From the NCBI GenBank assembly GCA_963774555.1, contig CAVZFL010000001.1:357127-421126 (forward strand): DNA of 64,000 nt, in the 5' to 3' direction. The notes under the pieces were generated by a model that was given only the letters and a program-made list of their open reading frames with translations, was not told where the DNA came from and did not search any database. The position numbers were made by a program, and so were the translations under genes. Source of the DNA: an uncultured Solirubrobacterales bacterium. Lineage in GTDB: Bacteria > Actinomycetota > Thermoleophilia > Solirubrobacterales > 70-9. Below, one piece after another: positions 50,704 to 60,656 of the stretch (the stretch's first letter is position 1; each line of letters begins with the position of its first letter).

Positions 50704-50866
50704 TATAAGCACGACTATACGGCTGGGGTGCAGCTGCCCCGGTTACTTTCCGGCGTTGAATTCCAGTTAAGTCCCTGCTCGGCGGGCTCTTGGGGGGCGA
50801 TGGCTCGGATACGATTCTGCAGCCGTTCCACCGGATCGGAGGCCGGGGAACCGCAAGCGACGATCC

Positions 50867-52273
50867 GTGGCTGCCAATCCCTCAGGCGAGGAAAAAAGCT
50901 CGGCGCAAAGCCGGGGGGTCACCCCCGCCCGAATTGCGGCGATCGCGGTGCTCGCGGTGGCGGTGATCGGGCTGGCGATCGTGATCTTCAGCGGCGACGG
51001 CGAACACAAGTACAACCTGCTGTTCCAGAACGCGAGCCAGCTCGTTCCCGACAACCAGGTGCTGATCGGGGGCCAGCCGGTCGGCTCGGTCGAAAGCATC
51101 GAGCTGACCGACGACAACCTGGCCAAAGTCGTGGTCAGCGTCGAACAGGAGCTGCACGAGGGGACGACGGCGACGATCCGCGCCACCTCGCTCTCCGGCG
51201 TCGCCAACCACTACGTCTCGATCAGCCCCGGGCCGAACAGCAGCCCGCCGCTCGGCGAAGGCGCCACGCTCGGCCTTGCCGACACGACCACCCCGGTCGA
51301 CATCGACCAGTTCTTCAACACCTTCCCGCCGCCGGTGCGCCGCGGCCTGGCCCAGTTCATCAAGGGCAACGCCCAGTGGTACGCGGGCGCCGGCAAGGCG
51401 GCCAACGAAACCTACAAGTACCTGGGCGTCGGCTTCAACCGCGCCGGCGCCTTCGTCCACGCGCTCAACGCCGACGAAAACCTCTTCGCCCGCTTCCTGG
51501 TCAACTCGGACCGGCTCAGCACGGCGGTCTCCGAACGCGGCGCCGAGCTCTCCAGCGCGATCGCCAACGCCAGCACCGCCTTCGGCGCGATCGCCAGCCA
51601 GAACGCCGCCCTCGGCCGCAGCCTCGAGCTGCTGCCGCCGACCTTCCGCCAGGCCAACACGACCTTCGTCAACCTGCGCGCCGCGCTCGACGACGTCGAA
51701 CCGCTGATCGACGCGACGGGCACCTCGACCAAGGACCTCGCTCCCTTCCTCGCCGAATTCCGCCCGGTGCTCTCCAGGGCCGTGCCGGTCTTCGAAAACC
51801 TCGCCCTGACGGTGCGGCGCAAGGGCTTCGCCAACGACTCGGCCGAACTGCTGGCGACGCTGCCCGCGGTGCAGAGCCGCGCCGCGCGGACGTTCCCGCA
51901 CGCCGAAGACTCGATCGAAGCCTTCCAACCCAACCTCAACTTCTTCCGCGCCTACGCATCCGACTTCTTCAACGGCTTCGCCAAGCTCGGGCAGGTCACG
52001 GCGCCCTATGACGGCAACGGCCACTACGCGCGCGCCAGCCTCTCCAGCCTCAACCTCTTCGACTTCGCCGGCAGCGGCGAAGCCCTCAAACCGATCGAAC
52101 CGAAAGAACAGTACGAAGCCTACGGCGAATCGGCCGGCATCAAGCGCCGCTGCCCGGGCGGCGCCAGCCAGCCGGCTGCCGACGGCTCCAGCCCCTTCAC
52201 CGAACCGCCCTTCAGCGGCTCCGGCGTGACCACCTCCGACTGCAACCCCGACGACTCGCCCCCGGGACCATGA
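50867..52273 (+). CDS. Mce/MlaD-domain protein 1 of 6
   Basis: 468 aa. N-terminal TM (IAAIAVLAVAVIGLAIVIF), then the MlaD fold signature YNLLFQNASQLVPDNQVLIGGQPVGSVESIEL, and a long helical and C-terminal region. Confidence 0.85.
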   Translation: MAANPSGEEKSSAQSRGVTPARIAAIAVLAVAVIGLAIVIFSGDGEHKYNLLFQNASQLVPDNQVLIGGQPVGSVESIELTDDNLAKVVVSVEQELHEGTTATIRATSLSGVANHYVSISPGPNSSPPLGEGATLGLADTTTPVDIDQFFNTFPPPVRRGLAQFIKGNAQWYAGAGKAANETYKYLGVGFNRAGAFVHALNADENLFARFLVNSDRLSTAVSERGAELSSAIANASTAFGAIASQNAALGRSLELLPPTFRQANTTFVNLRAALDDVEPLIDATGTSTKDLAPFLAEFRPVLSRAVPVFENLALTVRRKGFANDSAELLATLPAVQSRAARTFPHAEDSIEAFQPNLNFFRAYASDFFNGFAKLGQVTAPYDGNGHYARASLSSLNLFDFAGSGEALKPIEPKEQYEAYGESAGIKRRCPGGASQPAADGSSPFTEPPFSGSGVTTSDCNPDDSPPGP

Positions 52274-53793
52274 GGAAAACGCTCGTCATAGGCGCGGTGG
52301 TGGCGGTCGTGATCGCCGCCGTCGTCCTGCTCGCCTCGGGGGGTGGCAGCAGCAGCGGCTACGTCGTGCGGGCGGTCTTCGACAACGGCGGTTTCATGGT
52401 CAAGGGCGAGCAGGTGCGCGTCGCCGGCGCCAACGTCGGCGAAATCGAATCGGTCAGCGTCAGCCTGCCGGGCGAAGTGACCAGCTACCAAGGCGGCAGG
52501 CCGCGCAAGGTCTCCGGCAAGGCGGTGATCGTGATGAAGATCACCGATCCCGGCTTCCAGGACTTCCGCAGCGACGCCTCCTGCCTGATCCGCCCGCAGT
52601 CGCTGATCGGCGAGAAGTTCGTCGACTGTCGCCCGACCGTGCCCCGCGCCCCGGGCTCGCCACCGGCGCCGCCGCTGAAGCAGGTCCCCTCCGGCCAGCC
52701 GGGGGCGGGCGAGTACCTGCTGCCGCTGGAGAACAACAGCACCAGCGTCGACCCCGACCTGATCAACGACATCAACAAGCTGCCCTACGCGCAGCGCTTC
52801 CGCTTGATCCTCAACGAACTCGGCGCCGGCCTGGCCGGACGCGGCGCCGACATCGAGGCCGCGGTCAAGCGCGCCAACCCGGCCCTGCGCGACATCGACC
52901 GCCTGCTCGGCATCCTCAACTCCCAGCGCGACCAGCTGACCCAGCTCGCCGCCGACTCCGAGCAGGTCCTCGAGCCGCTCTCGCGCGAACGCGCCCACGT
53001 CGCCGGCTTCTTCGCCAACGCCGGCTCCGCCGCCCAGGCAAGCTCCGAACGCGGCGCCGACCTGGAAGCCTCGCTGCGCAAGTTCCCCGCCTTCCTGCGC
53101 GAGTTCCGCCTCACCATGCGCAGCCTGCAGGGCTTCTCCGACGCGGCGACGCCGACCTTTGCCGCGCTCGGCAAGGCCGCCCCGTCCTTCACCGAATCGA
53201 CCCGCCTGCTGGCCCCCTTCTCGGCTGCCTCGACGGTCTCGTTGAAGTCGCTTGGCGTCACCGGCGAAGAAGCCGGCCCGACCCTGCGCGCCGCCGACCC
53301 GATCGTGAGGAAGACGACCGAACTGGCGCAGACCGGCGTCACCCCGACCACGAAGCTGGCCGAATTCCTCGCCAGCACCAAGGAAACGGGCGGCTTCGAC
53401 AGTCTCGTCGAACTGATTTACAACGCCACGGCTGCATCCAACGGATTCGATAAATACGGCCACTTCACTCGACTGCTTCCTTCGCTGACCAACTGTCTCG
53501 AATACGAACTGGAAGCCAGCGGCTGCTCGGCTAAATACACCGGCACCAACGCGGGCACCTCGTCGATTTCCGAGGCAGACCTCTTCTCCCTCTTCGCCGA
53601 AGAAGAAGCCGCGCGGGTCGGTGGCACCCTGGCTCGTCCGGGCGGGCCTGCGACGAGCCTCGCGCCCGCGGCACCCACAAGCCCGGCTCGCCCCGCGACG
53701 CCACAGCTGGGCGAAGGCCGCGGTCTCGGCGCCTCCAATGAGCTCCCCGGGGCTGCTCAACGTGCCCTCCTCGACTACCTCCTGAAACGATGA
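52270..53793 (+). CDS. Mce/MlaD-domain protein 2 of 6
   Basis: 507 aa with a TM, then YVVRAVFDNGGFMVKGEQVRVAGANVGEIESVSV. ATGA overlap with the upstream gene. Confidence 0.85.
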   Translation: MRKTLVIGAVVAVVIAAVVLLASGGGSSSGYVVRAVFDNGGFMVKGEQVRVAGANVGEIESVSVSLPGEVTSYQGGRPRKVSGKAVIVMKITDPGFQDFRSDASCLIRPQSLIGEKFVDCRPTVPRAPGSPPAPPLKQVPSGQPGAGEYLLPLENNSTSVDPDLINDINKLPYAQRFRLILNELGAGLAGRGADIEAAVKRANPALRDIDRLLGILNSQRDQLTQLAADSEQVLEPLSRERAHVAGFFANAGSAAQASSERGADLEASLRKFPAFLREFRLTMRSLQGFSDAATPTFAALGKAAPSFTESTRLLAPFSAASTVSLKSLGVTGEEAGPTLRAADPIVRKTTELAQTGVTPTTKLAEFLASTKETGGFDSLVELIYNATAASNGFDKYGHFTRLLPSLTNCLEYELEASGCSAKYTGTNAGTSSISEADLFSLFAEEEAARVGGTLARPGGPATSLAPAAPTSPARPATPQLGEGRGLGASNELPGAAQRALLDYLLKR

Positions 53794-55229
53794 GAAACCG
53801 CAGCGGCATACAGGGAGTGGCAAGCAGCCCGGTGATCGTCGGCGCGGTGACCGTGCTGGTCGTGATCGTCGCCGTCTTCCTCGCCTACAACGCCAACAAC
53901 GGCCTGCCCTTCGTCTCCACCTACAACCTCAAGGCGCGCGTGCCCAACGCCAACGCTCTGGTCAAGGGCAACGAGGTGCGGATCGGTGGCGCCCGCGTCG
54001 GCGTCGTCAAGTCGGTCGTGACGGTGCAGCTGGCGGGAGGCAGGGTCGCCTCCGAACTCAGCCTCAGCCTCGACAAGAACGTCGAGCCGTTGCCGAACAA
54101 CTCGACGATGATCATCCGGCCCAAATCGCCGCTCGGCCTCAAGTACCTGCAGATCGTCCCCGGCGACTCGAAGCAGGGCTTCGCCGCCGGCGAAACGATC
54201 CCGATCGAGGCGGCGCATCCCGAACCGGTCGACATCGACCAGTTCTTCGACATGTTCGATGCCAAGACGCGCCGCGCGATCCAGCGCAACCTGGCCGGCT
54301 TCGGCAATGCCTTCGCCTCGCGCGGGCCGCAGATCAACAATGCCTTCTCCGCGCTGCGCCCGCTGCTGGAAAACAGCGAGCCGACGCTCGCCACCCTGGT
54401 CAGACCGAGTACCGGCTTCGGCGAATTCTGGCGCGCGCTGGAGGCGCTCTCGGCCACGGTCGCCCCGGTTGCCGAGCAACAGGCGAGCATGTTCGCCGCA
54501 CTCGACCGCACCTTTGCCGCCTTCGCCCGCGTCTCCCGTCCCTTCATCCAGGAAACGATCTCCAAGGGCCCGGAAACCCTCGACGCCGTCACCGCCGACC
54601 TGCCCGCCCTGCGGCCCTTCCTCCACGACTCCGCCCGCTTCTTCACCGCCTTGAAGCCCGGCGCCGACGCCCTGGCCGCCACCTCGCCGACGATCTCCGC
54701 TGCCCTGCGCGCGGGCATCCCGGCGCTCAACGAATCGCCGAAGCTCAACGCGCAGCTGCCGCCGACGGCCGACGCGCTGCTCGCCTTCCAGAACTCGCCG
54801 GGCGTCTTCAACGGGCTCGACCTGCTGATCGAAACCAACGACCTGCTCAAGCCGGCGATCGGCTTCCTCGCTCCCGCCCAGACCACCTGCAACTACCTGA
54901 CGCTTGCGTTCAGGAACGTGGCGGGGGCTGCCGGTACCGGTAACGGACACGGCAACTGGTTCAACGTGATCGCCTTCCAGCCCCCGATCGGACCAAACTC
55001 TGAGGGAGGTCCCGCCTCCGCTCCGGCCAACGGCGGCGGCCCCGAAGAACGTCTCAATCACCTCCACTCCAACCCCTACCCGAACACGGCTGCGCCGGAT
55101 CAACCTAAAGAGTGCGAGGCCGGCAACGAGCACTACGAACTCGGCAAGACGAGAATCGGCAACACACCCCGCAATGACGGGATCAAAACCAGCGGTCAAT
55201 CGAAGAAACAGCTGGGGGAAGAAAAGTAA
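53790..55229 (+). CDS. Mce/MlaD-domain protein 3 of 6
   Basis: 479 aa with a TM, then YNLKARVPNANALVKGNEVRIGGARVGVVKSVV. ATGA overlap with the upstream gene. Confidence 0.85.
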   Translation: MRNRSGIQGVASSPVIVGAVTVLVVIVAVFLAYNANNGLPFVSTYNLKARVPNANALVKGNEVRIGGARVGVVKSVVTVQLAGGRVASELSLSLDKNVEPLPNNSTMIIRPKSPLGLKYLQIVPGDSKQGFAAGETIPIEAAHPEPVDIDQFFDMFDAKTRRAIQRNLAGFGNAFASRGPQINNAFSALRPLLENSEPTLATLVRPSTGFGEFWRALEALSATVAPVAEQQASMFAALDRTFAAFARVSRPFIQETISKGPETLDAVTADLPALRPFLHDSARFFTALKPGADALAATSPTISAALRAGIPALNESPKLNAQLPPTADALLAFQNSPGVFNGLDLLIETNDLLKPAIGFLAPAQTTCNYLTLAFRNVAGAAGTGNGHGNWFNVIAFQPPIGPNSEGGPASAPANGGGPEERLNHLHSNPYPNTAAPDQPKECEAGNEHYELGKTRIGNTPRNDGIKTSGQSKKQLGEEK

Positions 55230-56737
55230 TGGGCCGGCTTCCGGAGCGCGACACCAGAGCGGGGGCGACGAACAGTCGCTTCAAGTGGCATCCCAGCAAC
55301 GCGATGATCGCCGTGATCTTCATCCTGATCTTCACGATCGGTCCCTATCTGGCCTTCACCGGCCACGTGCCCTTCACCAGCTACGGCTACGAGCTCAAGG
55401 CGACCTTCTCCAACGGGGTCAACATCTCGACCAACTCGCCGGTGCGGATCGCCGGCGTCGACGTCGGCCGCGTGATCGCGACCGAACGCGATGGCGACGC
55501 GACCACCGTCACCTTCACGGTCGAAGGCAAGGGCCAGCCGATCCACGACGACGCCTTCGCCGCGATCCGCCCGCGCATCTTCCTCGAGGGCAACTTCTTC
55601 GTCGACCTCTCGCCCGGCAGCCCGAGCGCGCCGGAGCTCGGCAGCGGCGACACGATCCCAGTCAGCCACACCTCCACCTGGGTCCAGATCGACCAGGTGC
55701 TGACCGCCCTGCAGGCGCCGGTGCGGGCCGACCTCAGCCGCCTGCTGGAGAGCTACGGCACAGCCCTGACCCACAAGCCGACAGCTGCCGAAGACGTCAC
55801 CCAGCTGCCCGAGGTGCGGGGCAAGACGGCCGGCCAGGCGCTCAACCGCGCCTTCCGCACCGGCGGCGACGCCGGCCGCTACAGCGCCCAGGTCACCAAC
55901 GCCCTGCTCGGCACCGAGCCCGGCGACCTCTCCCGCGTCGTCGCCGGCAGCGGCCGCTTCTTCGGCGCTCTGGCCCACAACGAGGAGGACCTCAAGGGCC
56001 TGATCGTCAACTTCGACACCTTCACCGGCGCGCTTGCCAACCAGTCGTCCAGCCTCTCGACCGCCGTCCACCGTCTGGCCCCGACCCTGCAGAACTTCCA
56101 CAGCTCTCTGGTCAGCCTCAACCAGACGCTGCCGCCGCTGCGCGCCTGGGCGATCGAGCTGAAGCCCGCGGTCGAAGAACTGCCCGGCTGGATCGCCGCT
56201 GGCAAGCCCTGGGTCAAGCAGGCCATGCCGCTGCTCTCCGCCAGGGAGGCGGGTGGCACCGCCAGGCTGCTGCGCGAAGGCGTCCCCGGCCTCGCCGGCG
56301 CCGCCCAGGCCGGCAAGGCGGTGGCGCTGCCGCAGCTCAACCGGATCAGCCTCTGCACGACCAAGGTCCTCGTGCCCACCTTCAACCAGGTGATCGACGA
56401 TCAGTTCTCCACCGGCCAGCCGAATTACCGCGAGTTCCTCTACACCCTCACCGACTTCTCCGGCTGGGGACAGAGTTTTGACGGAAACGGCCCCTTCTTG
56501 CGGGTGCAGCCGGGCGGCGGCAATGTGCTGGTCGAACAGGCGAACCCGAACGGCAACCTGAGTACGGACAAGCGTGATTTCGCCCACTCGATCGCGCCTC
56601 CGCTTGGCGACCAGCCTCAGCTCGGCGGGCTTCCGCCGAAGAAGCCGGAAGTGCGTTGCGATCGCAATCCCGTCCCAGACCTCAATGCCGGTCTCGGTCA
56701 GGCCGGCCCCCCCACCCCCGCGGCGGTGAGCCCGTGA
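55229..56737 (+). CDS. Mce/MlaD-domain protein 4 of 6
   Basis: 502 aa with a TM, then YELKATFSNGVNISTNSPVRIAGVDVGRVIATE. TAATG overlap with the upstream gene. Confidence 0.85.
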   Translation: MGRLPERDTRAGATNSRFKWHPSNAMIAVIFILIFTIGPYLAFTGHVPFTSYGYELKATFSNGVNISTNSPVRIAGVDVGRVIATERDGDATTVTFTVEGKGQPIHDDAFAAIRPRIFLEGNFFVDLSPGSPSAPELGSGDTIPVSHTSTWVQIDQVLTALQAPVRADLSRLLESYGTALTHKPTAAEDVTQLPEVRGKTAGQALNRAFRTGGDAGRYSAQVTNALLGTEPGDLSRVVAGSGRFFGALAHNEEDLKGLIVNFDTFTGALANQSSSLSTAVHRLAPTLQNFHSSLVSLNQTLPPLRAWAIELKPAVEELPGWIAAGKPWVKQAMPLLSAREAGGTARLLREGVPGLAGAAQAGKAVALPQLNRISLCTTKVLVPTFNQVIDDQFSTGQPNYREFLYTLTDFSGWGQSFDGNGPFLRVQPGGGNVLVEQANPNGNLSTDKRDFAHSIAPPLGDQPQLGGLPPKKPEVRCDRNPVPDLNAGLGQAGPPTPAAVSP

Positions 56738-58137
56738 GCGAGGAGCCGAAAGTGAGCCGCTGGCGGCACTTCCGCAATTCGCTCTCGCGCCAGGCGCGCG
56801 GCCGCAGCAAAGACTCGATCGCGATCGCCGTCCTCGTCGCGCTCGGGATAGTGATGACGCTCTGGATCTTCACCCAGCAGAAGGCCTCGCTGCCGTCCTG
56901 GGTTCCACTCGTGGGCGAAGAATTCGCCCACGTCACGGGAGAGTTCACCACGGCGCAGGCGGTCACCCCGGGCCAGGGTCAGGCCGTCGACGTCGCCGGC
57001 ATCCAGATCGGCAAGGTCACCTCGGTCGACCTCGAAGACGGCCACGCCGTCGTCGGCATGGACATCGAGCCCAAGTACCTGAAGCTGATCCACCCCGACG
57101 CGACCCTGCTGCTGCGACCCAAGACCAACCTCAACGACATGGTCGTCGAGGTCGACCCGGGCAACGCCAAGGGCCACATCGAAGACGGCTACGAGTTCCC
57201 CCTCTCGCGCACCGAACCGAACGCAAACCTCGACGCCTTTCTCGCCACCCTCGACGCCGACACCCGCCAGTACATCCAGCTGCTCGTCGCGGGAGGTGCC
57301 CAGGGCATCGGCGGCCGCGGCCGCCAGCTCTCCGGCGCGCTGCGTCGTCTGCAGCCCTTCTCCCACTACGTCGCCGACCTCAACCGGGCCGTTGCGCGCC
57401 GGCGCGGCGCCCTCGCCCGGGTGATCCACGACTTCGGCCTGCTGACCACCGAACTGGGCCGCCACGACGCCGAGATCGAACGCTTCGTCAGCTCCTCCAA
57501 GGACGCGCTCGGCAACTTCTCCAACCAACAGCACGCGATCGAAGAAACCCTGGTCGAATTGCCCTCGACGCTGAGCGCCGCCGAAGCCGCCTTTGCCAGC
57601 GCCAACACCTTCTCCAAGACCGCCCGCCCGGCTCTGCTGGCGCTGATCCCCCAGGCCCAGGCGCTGAAGCCGGCGCTGAAGGCCAACGAGCGGCTCTTCG
57701 AACAGACGACGGTGCCGATCCGCGATCAGATCCGTCCCTTCACCCGCCAGATCCGGCCGGTCCTAACCCATGCCAAGCAGGGCTCGGCCGACTTCAGCAA
57801 GTCGGTGCGCAGCTTCGGCAACGCGCTCGGCGCCTTCAACAGCTTCCTCAACGAGCTCGCCTACAAGCCGAAGGGCAAGCAGAGCTACCTCTTCTACCTG
57901 CCCTGGCTCAACCACGACACCAACGCGACCTTCAACCTCGAGGATCCAGCCGGTCCGATTGGGCGCGCACTGATCATGCTCTCCTGCAACGGGTCCGCGC
58001 TTGCCCGCGGCGCGGCAGCTGCCTCTACTTACCTCGAAGCAGCGCTGCGAGGATCGAATACGCCCAGACCGGGTGAATTGCCACCGATCACCTCCGCAGC
58101 CGCTGGCGTGAGCAGCTGCGGGCCAGGAACAGAATGA
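56734..58137 (+). CDS. Mce/MlaD-domain protein 5 of 6
   Basis: The GTG at 56734 overlaps the upstream stop (GTGA); the track ORF starts at 56656. It has a TM (IAIAVLVALGIVMTLWIF), then VTGEFTTAQAVTPGQGQAVDVAGIQIGKVTSVDL. Confidence 0.85.
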   Translation: MSEEPKVSRWRHFRNSLSRQARGRSKDSIAIAVLVALGIVMTLWIFTQQKASLPSWVPLVGEEFAHVTGEFTTAQAVTPGQGQAVDVAGIQIGKVTSVDLEDGHAVVGMDIEPKYLKLIHPDATLLLRPKTNLNDMVVEVDPGNAKGHIEDGYEFPLSRTEPNANLDAFLATLDADTRQYIQLLVAGGAQGIGGRGRQLSGALRRLQPFSHYVADLNRAVARRRGALARVIHDFGLLTTELGRHDAEIERFVSSSKDALGNFSNQQHAIEETLVELPSTLSAAEAAFASANTFSKTARPALLALIPQAQALKPALKANERLFEQTTVPIRDQIRPFTRQIRPVLTHAKQGSADFSKSVRSFGNALGAFNSFLNELAYKPKGKQSYLFYLPWLNHDTNATFNLEDPAGPIGRALIMLSCNGSALARGAAAASTYLEAALRGSNTPRPGELPPITSAAAGVSSCGPGTE

Positions 58138-59702
58138 GCAAGCGCGCCCCCAGCACAACCCAGCTCCTGGTGATCGCCGGCTTCGCCCTCTCCTGCTTCG
58201 GCATCCTGCTCTTCCTCTGGATCACCTTCGGCGGGCCGACGCCGTTCAAGGCCAAGCCGTATGAGATCGAGATCCCCTTCAACGAGGCGACCCAGCTCGC
58301 CCAGCAGTCCGACGTGCGGATCTCCGGCGTGTCGGTCGGCAAGGTGCAGGACATCGTCCTCGCCCCCAACGGCGAACAGGCTCTCGCCAAGGTCGACATC
58401 AACGACAAGTACGGGCCGATCCCGAAGGACACGCGGGCAATCCTGCGCACCAAGACGCTGCTCGGCGAGACCTACATCGAACTCACCCCGGGCGACCACA
58501 GCGGGCCGGTGCTGCCCGACGGCGGCACCCTGCCCGAGGCGCAGATCGCCGAATCGGTCCAGCTCGACGAGATCTTCCGCACCTTCAACCCCCAGACCCG
58601 CGCCGCCTTCCAGACTTGGCAGCAGGAAGCCGCGGTGGCGATCGAGGGACAGGGCGCGAGCCTCTCCTACGCCTTCGGCGAGCTCGAACCGACCTTCGTC
58701 CAGTTCGACCACCTCTTCCGCGTTCTCGACAGCCAGCGGCTTGCGGTCAAGCAGATCTTCCGCAACGGTGCCACCTCGCTGCGGGCGCTGCGCGGCCGCC
58801 AGGGTGAGCTGGCCAGCCTGATCCAGAGCTCCAACGCGGTCTTCAGCACGGCGGCCGCCCGCAGCCGTCAGATCGAAGCCCTCTTCCGCGCCTTCCCCAC
58901 CTTCCAGGACGAGTCCCGCCTCACCGTCGAACGACTGAAGACCTTCGCCGTCGACGCCGACCCGGTGATGCAGCAGCTGGTGCCGGTCGCCGAACAGCTC
59001 TCGCCGACTCTGGTCGCCCTCGCCAAGTTCGCCCCGCCAGCAAAGCGGTTCTTCGAAGGGCTCGAGCCAGTGATCGCCCGCGCGCCCACCGGCTTCCCTG
59101 CCGCCCGCAAGCTCTTCCGCGACCAGTTCCCGCCGCTTCTGCGCGCGGCCGATCCCTTCCTGCGCAACCTCAATCCGTTCGTCACCGGGCTCGGTCTCTA
59201 CAAGCACGAGCTGGCGGCGACAATTGCCAACGTCTCCGACATTGCCAACGGCACGCTGACCGAAGAAGTGGAAGGAGTAAACCCCCATTACCTGCGCTCG
59301 ATGGGACCGTTCAGCCCGGAGTCACTCGCGACCTTCCCTGCCCGCACCACAACCAACCGCACCAATTCCTACTCTCAGCCTTTGGCCATGAAGAGTCTGC
59401 GGTCCGGCCTGCCCAGCTTCGATACCCGAGGCTGCACCAGCGGCGTAACAGCAACTCTCGACCCCGAAAGTTACAAAGACCCCGCCTTCGCGGAACGAAC
59501 TAAGCAGAGCTTGAAAACCTCTGAAGAAAACCTGAAAAAGTCTGAACGGTTCTTCAATACTTTGAAGCAGTACGCATTTGCCGAACAAAGCAATTCAGCC
59601 GCCACCCCGGCCCCCAGCTGCTTCCAGCAAGCCCCCTTCAGCCCAGTCGGCCAAAGCGGCGCGCAGACGACCTACCAGCACTACTTCGAACAGAGCAAAT
59701 AG
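58134..59702 (+). CDS. Mce/MlaD-domain protein 6 of 6
   Basis: 522 aa with a TM (LLVIAGFALSCFGILLFLWITF), then YEIEIPFNEATQLAQQSDVRISGVSVGKVQDIVL. ATGA overlap with the upstream gene. Confidence 0.85.
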   Translation: MSKRAPSTTQLLVIAGFALSCFGILLFLWITFGGPTPFKAKPYEIEIPFNEATQLAQQSDVRISGVSVGKVQDIVLAPNGEQALAKVDINDKYGPIPKDTRAILRTKTLLGETYIELTPGDHSGPVLPDGGTLPEAQIAESVQLDEIFRTFNPQTRAAFQTWQQEAAVAIEGQGASLSYAFGELEPTFVQFDHLFRVLDSQRLAVKQIFRNGATSLRALRGRQGELASLIQSSNAVFSTAAARSRQIEALFRAFPTFQDESRLTVERLKTFAVDADPVMQQLVPVAEQLSPTLVALAKFAPPAKRFFEGLEPVIARAPTGFPAARKLFRDQFPPLLRAADPFLRNLNPFVTGLGLYKHELAATIANVSDIANGTLTEEVEGVNPHYLRSMGPFSPESLATFPARTTTNRTNSYSQPLAMKSLRSGLPSFDTRGCTSGVTATLDPESYKDPAFAERTKQSLKTSEENLKKSERFFNTLKQYAFAEQSNSAATPAPSCFQQAPFSPVGQSGAQTTYQHYFEQSK

Positions 59703-59716
59703 CCAGGCAATCTAGC

Positions 59717-59906
59717 CGGCGTGGTTATCAAAAACCGCCGCACAAGAAGTCGCTGAAGGGCGAGACCGATCTATTCGAGTTGCGTCCGAAGCAGGGAGCG
59801 TGCAGAGGTACGTGGTCCTAGCGGTTGCGCCGAAGAAGAAGGATTTCGGCCGGGCTGTGGCTGCTGCGAAGGACCGACTCGGCCGCCGTCTACACGCAGC
59901 TAGATA
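59717..59906 (+). pseudogene. remnant of a Gp49/HigB-like (RelE/ParE superfamily) toxin gene, 5'-truncated and frameshifted
   Basis: Hand translation gives ..KSLKGETDLFELRPKQGA.. in one frame, then YVVLAVAPKKKDFGRAVAAAKDRLGRRL in the next (shift near 59810). There is no start codon in frame, and the mce stop lies at 59702. An HTH antitoxin gene follows. Confidence 0.45.
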
Positions 59907-59941
59907 AGCTGGTAGTTATCATCATGTAGTGAGGGGATCAG

Positions 59942-60328
59942 ATGCCGGCGTCGCCAACAACGAAGTCTTTCGATGCGCTCCTTGCGGAAGAGATGCTTGC
60001 CGACCCCAACTTCAAGGCGGAGTGGCAGCGACTCGCCCCGGCGCGAGAGCTGGCGGCGACTCTCCTGCGCTATCGCGCGAAACACAAGTTGAGCCAGCGT
60101 GCGCTAGCGAAGGAGCTCGGCGTCTCTCAGCCCCGGGTGGTCAAGCTCGAGTCCGGAGAACACAACCCCGGGGTCGACACGATCATCGGTGTCGTGCGAC
60201 GGCTCGGGGTTGAGTTCGCCCTCGATATAGCCCCGTCCGGTAGGAAGCCGGCGCTTGTGACAGCACGAGCCCGTAAGGGCGGAGCGATCGATCACGACGA
60301 GGTCTCGGTCGTCGCGGCATTTGCCTGA
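59942..60328 (+). CDS. XRE-family HTH antitoxin (HigA-like)
   Basis: 128 aa with HKLSQRALAKELGVSQPRVVKLESGEHNPGVDTIIGVVRRLG. Confidence 0.75.
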   Translation: MPASPTTKSFDALLAEEMLADPNFKAEWQRLAPARELAATLLRYRAKHKLSQRALAKELGVSQPRVVKLESGEHNPGVDTIIGVVRRLGVEFALDIAPSGRKPALVTARARKGGAIDHDEVSVVAAFA

Positions 60329-60368
60329 TCCGGCCGGGATCGTGCTCCAGTGCAGTTATACTGCTGGT

Positions 60369-60656
60369 ATGACTCACAAGGTCGGCATCAAGGGCCAGGT
60401 CGTGATCCCGAAGGCGATTCGGGATGAAATCGGGATAAAGCCCGGTGACGAGGTGACGTTTGAGCCCGATGGCAAGGATGTGAGAGTTCGCCGCGTTGCC
60501 GACGATCCGACCGCGCGCGGTGAGCGGATCGAAGCTCTGCGGGGCGTCTGGGCTGGCATCCCCGGTCTCGGCACCGACGATCTGCTTGCCGCCCGCCGCG
60601 AAGAGCGAGAGCGCGAAGAGCGCAGAGCGCAGAGTCTGCTTGACGATCGTCCTTGA
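60369..60656 (+). CDS. vapB: AbrB/MazE/SpoVT-family antitoxin (VapB)
   Basis: MTHKVGIKGQVVIPKAIRDEIGIKPGDEVTFEPDG (SpoVT-AbrB fold). Confidence 0.8.
   Translation: MTHKVGIKGQVVIPKAIRDEIGIKPGDEVTFEPDGKDVRVRRVADDPTARGERIEALRGVWAGIPGLGTDDLLAARREEREREERRAQSLLDDRP

Noticed and set aside
50690-50866. Searched for hidden yrbE/mlaE-like permease genes upstream of the first mce gene.
   Set aside because: The spacer is only 177 bp, with no hydrophobic ORF in any frame. The listed ORF 50440-52011 is an out-of-frame Arg-rich artefact.
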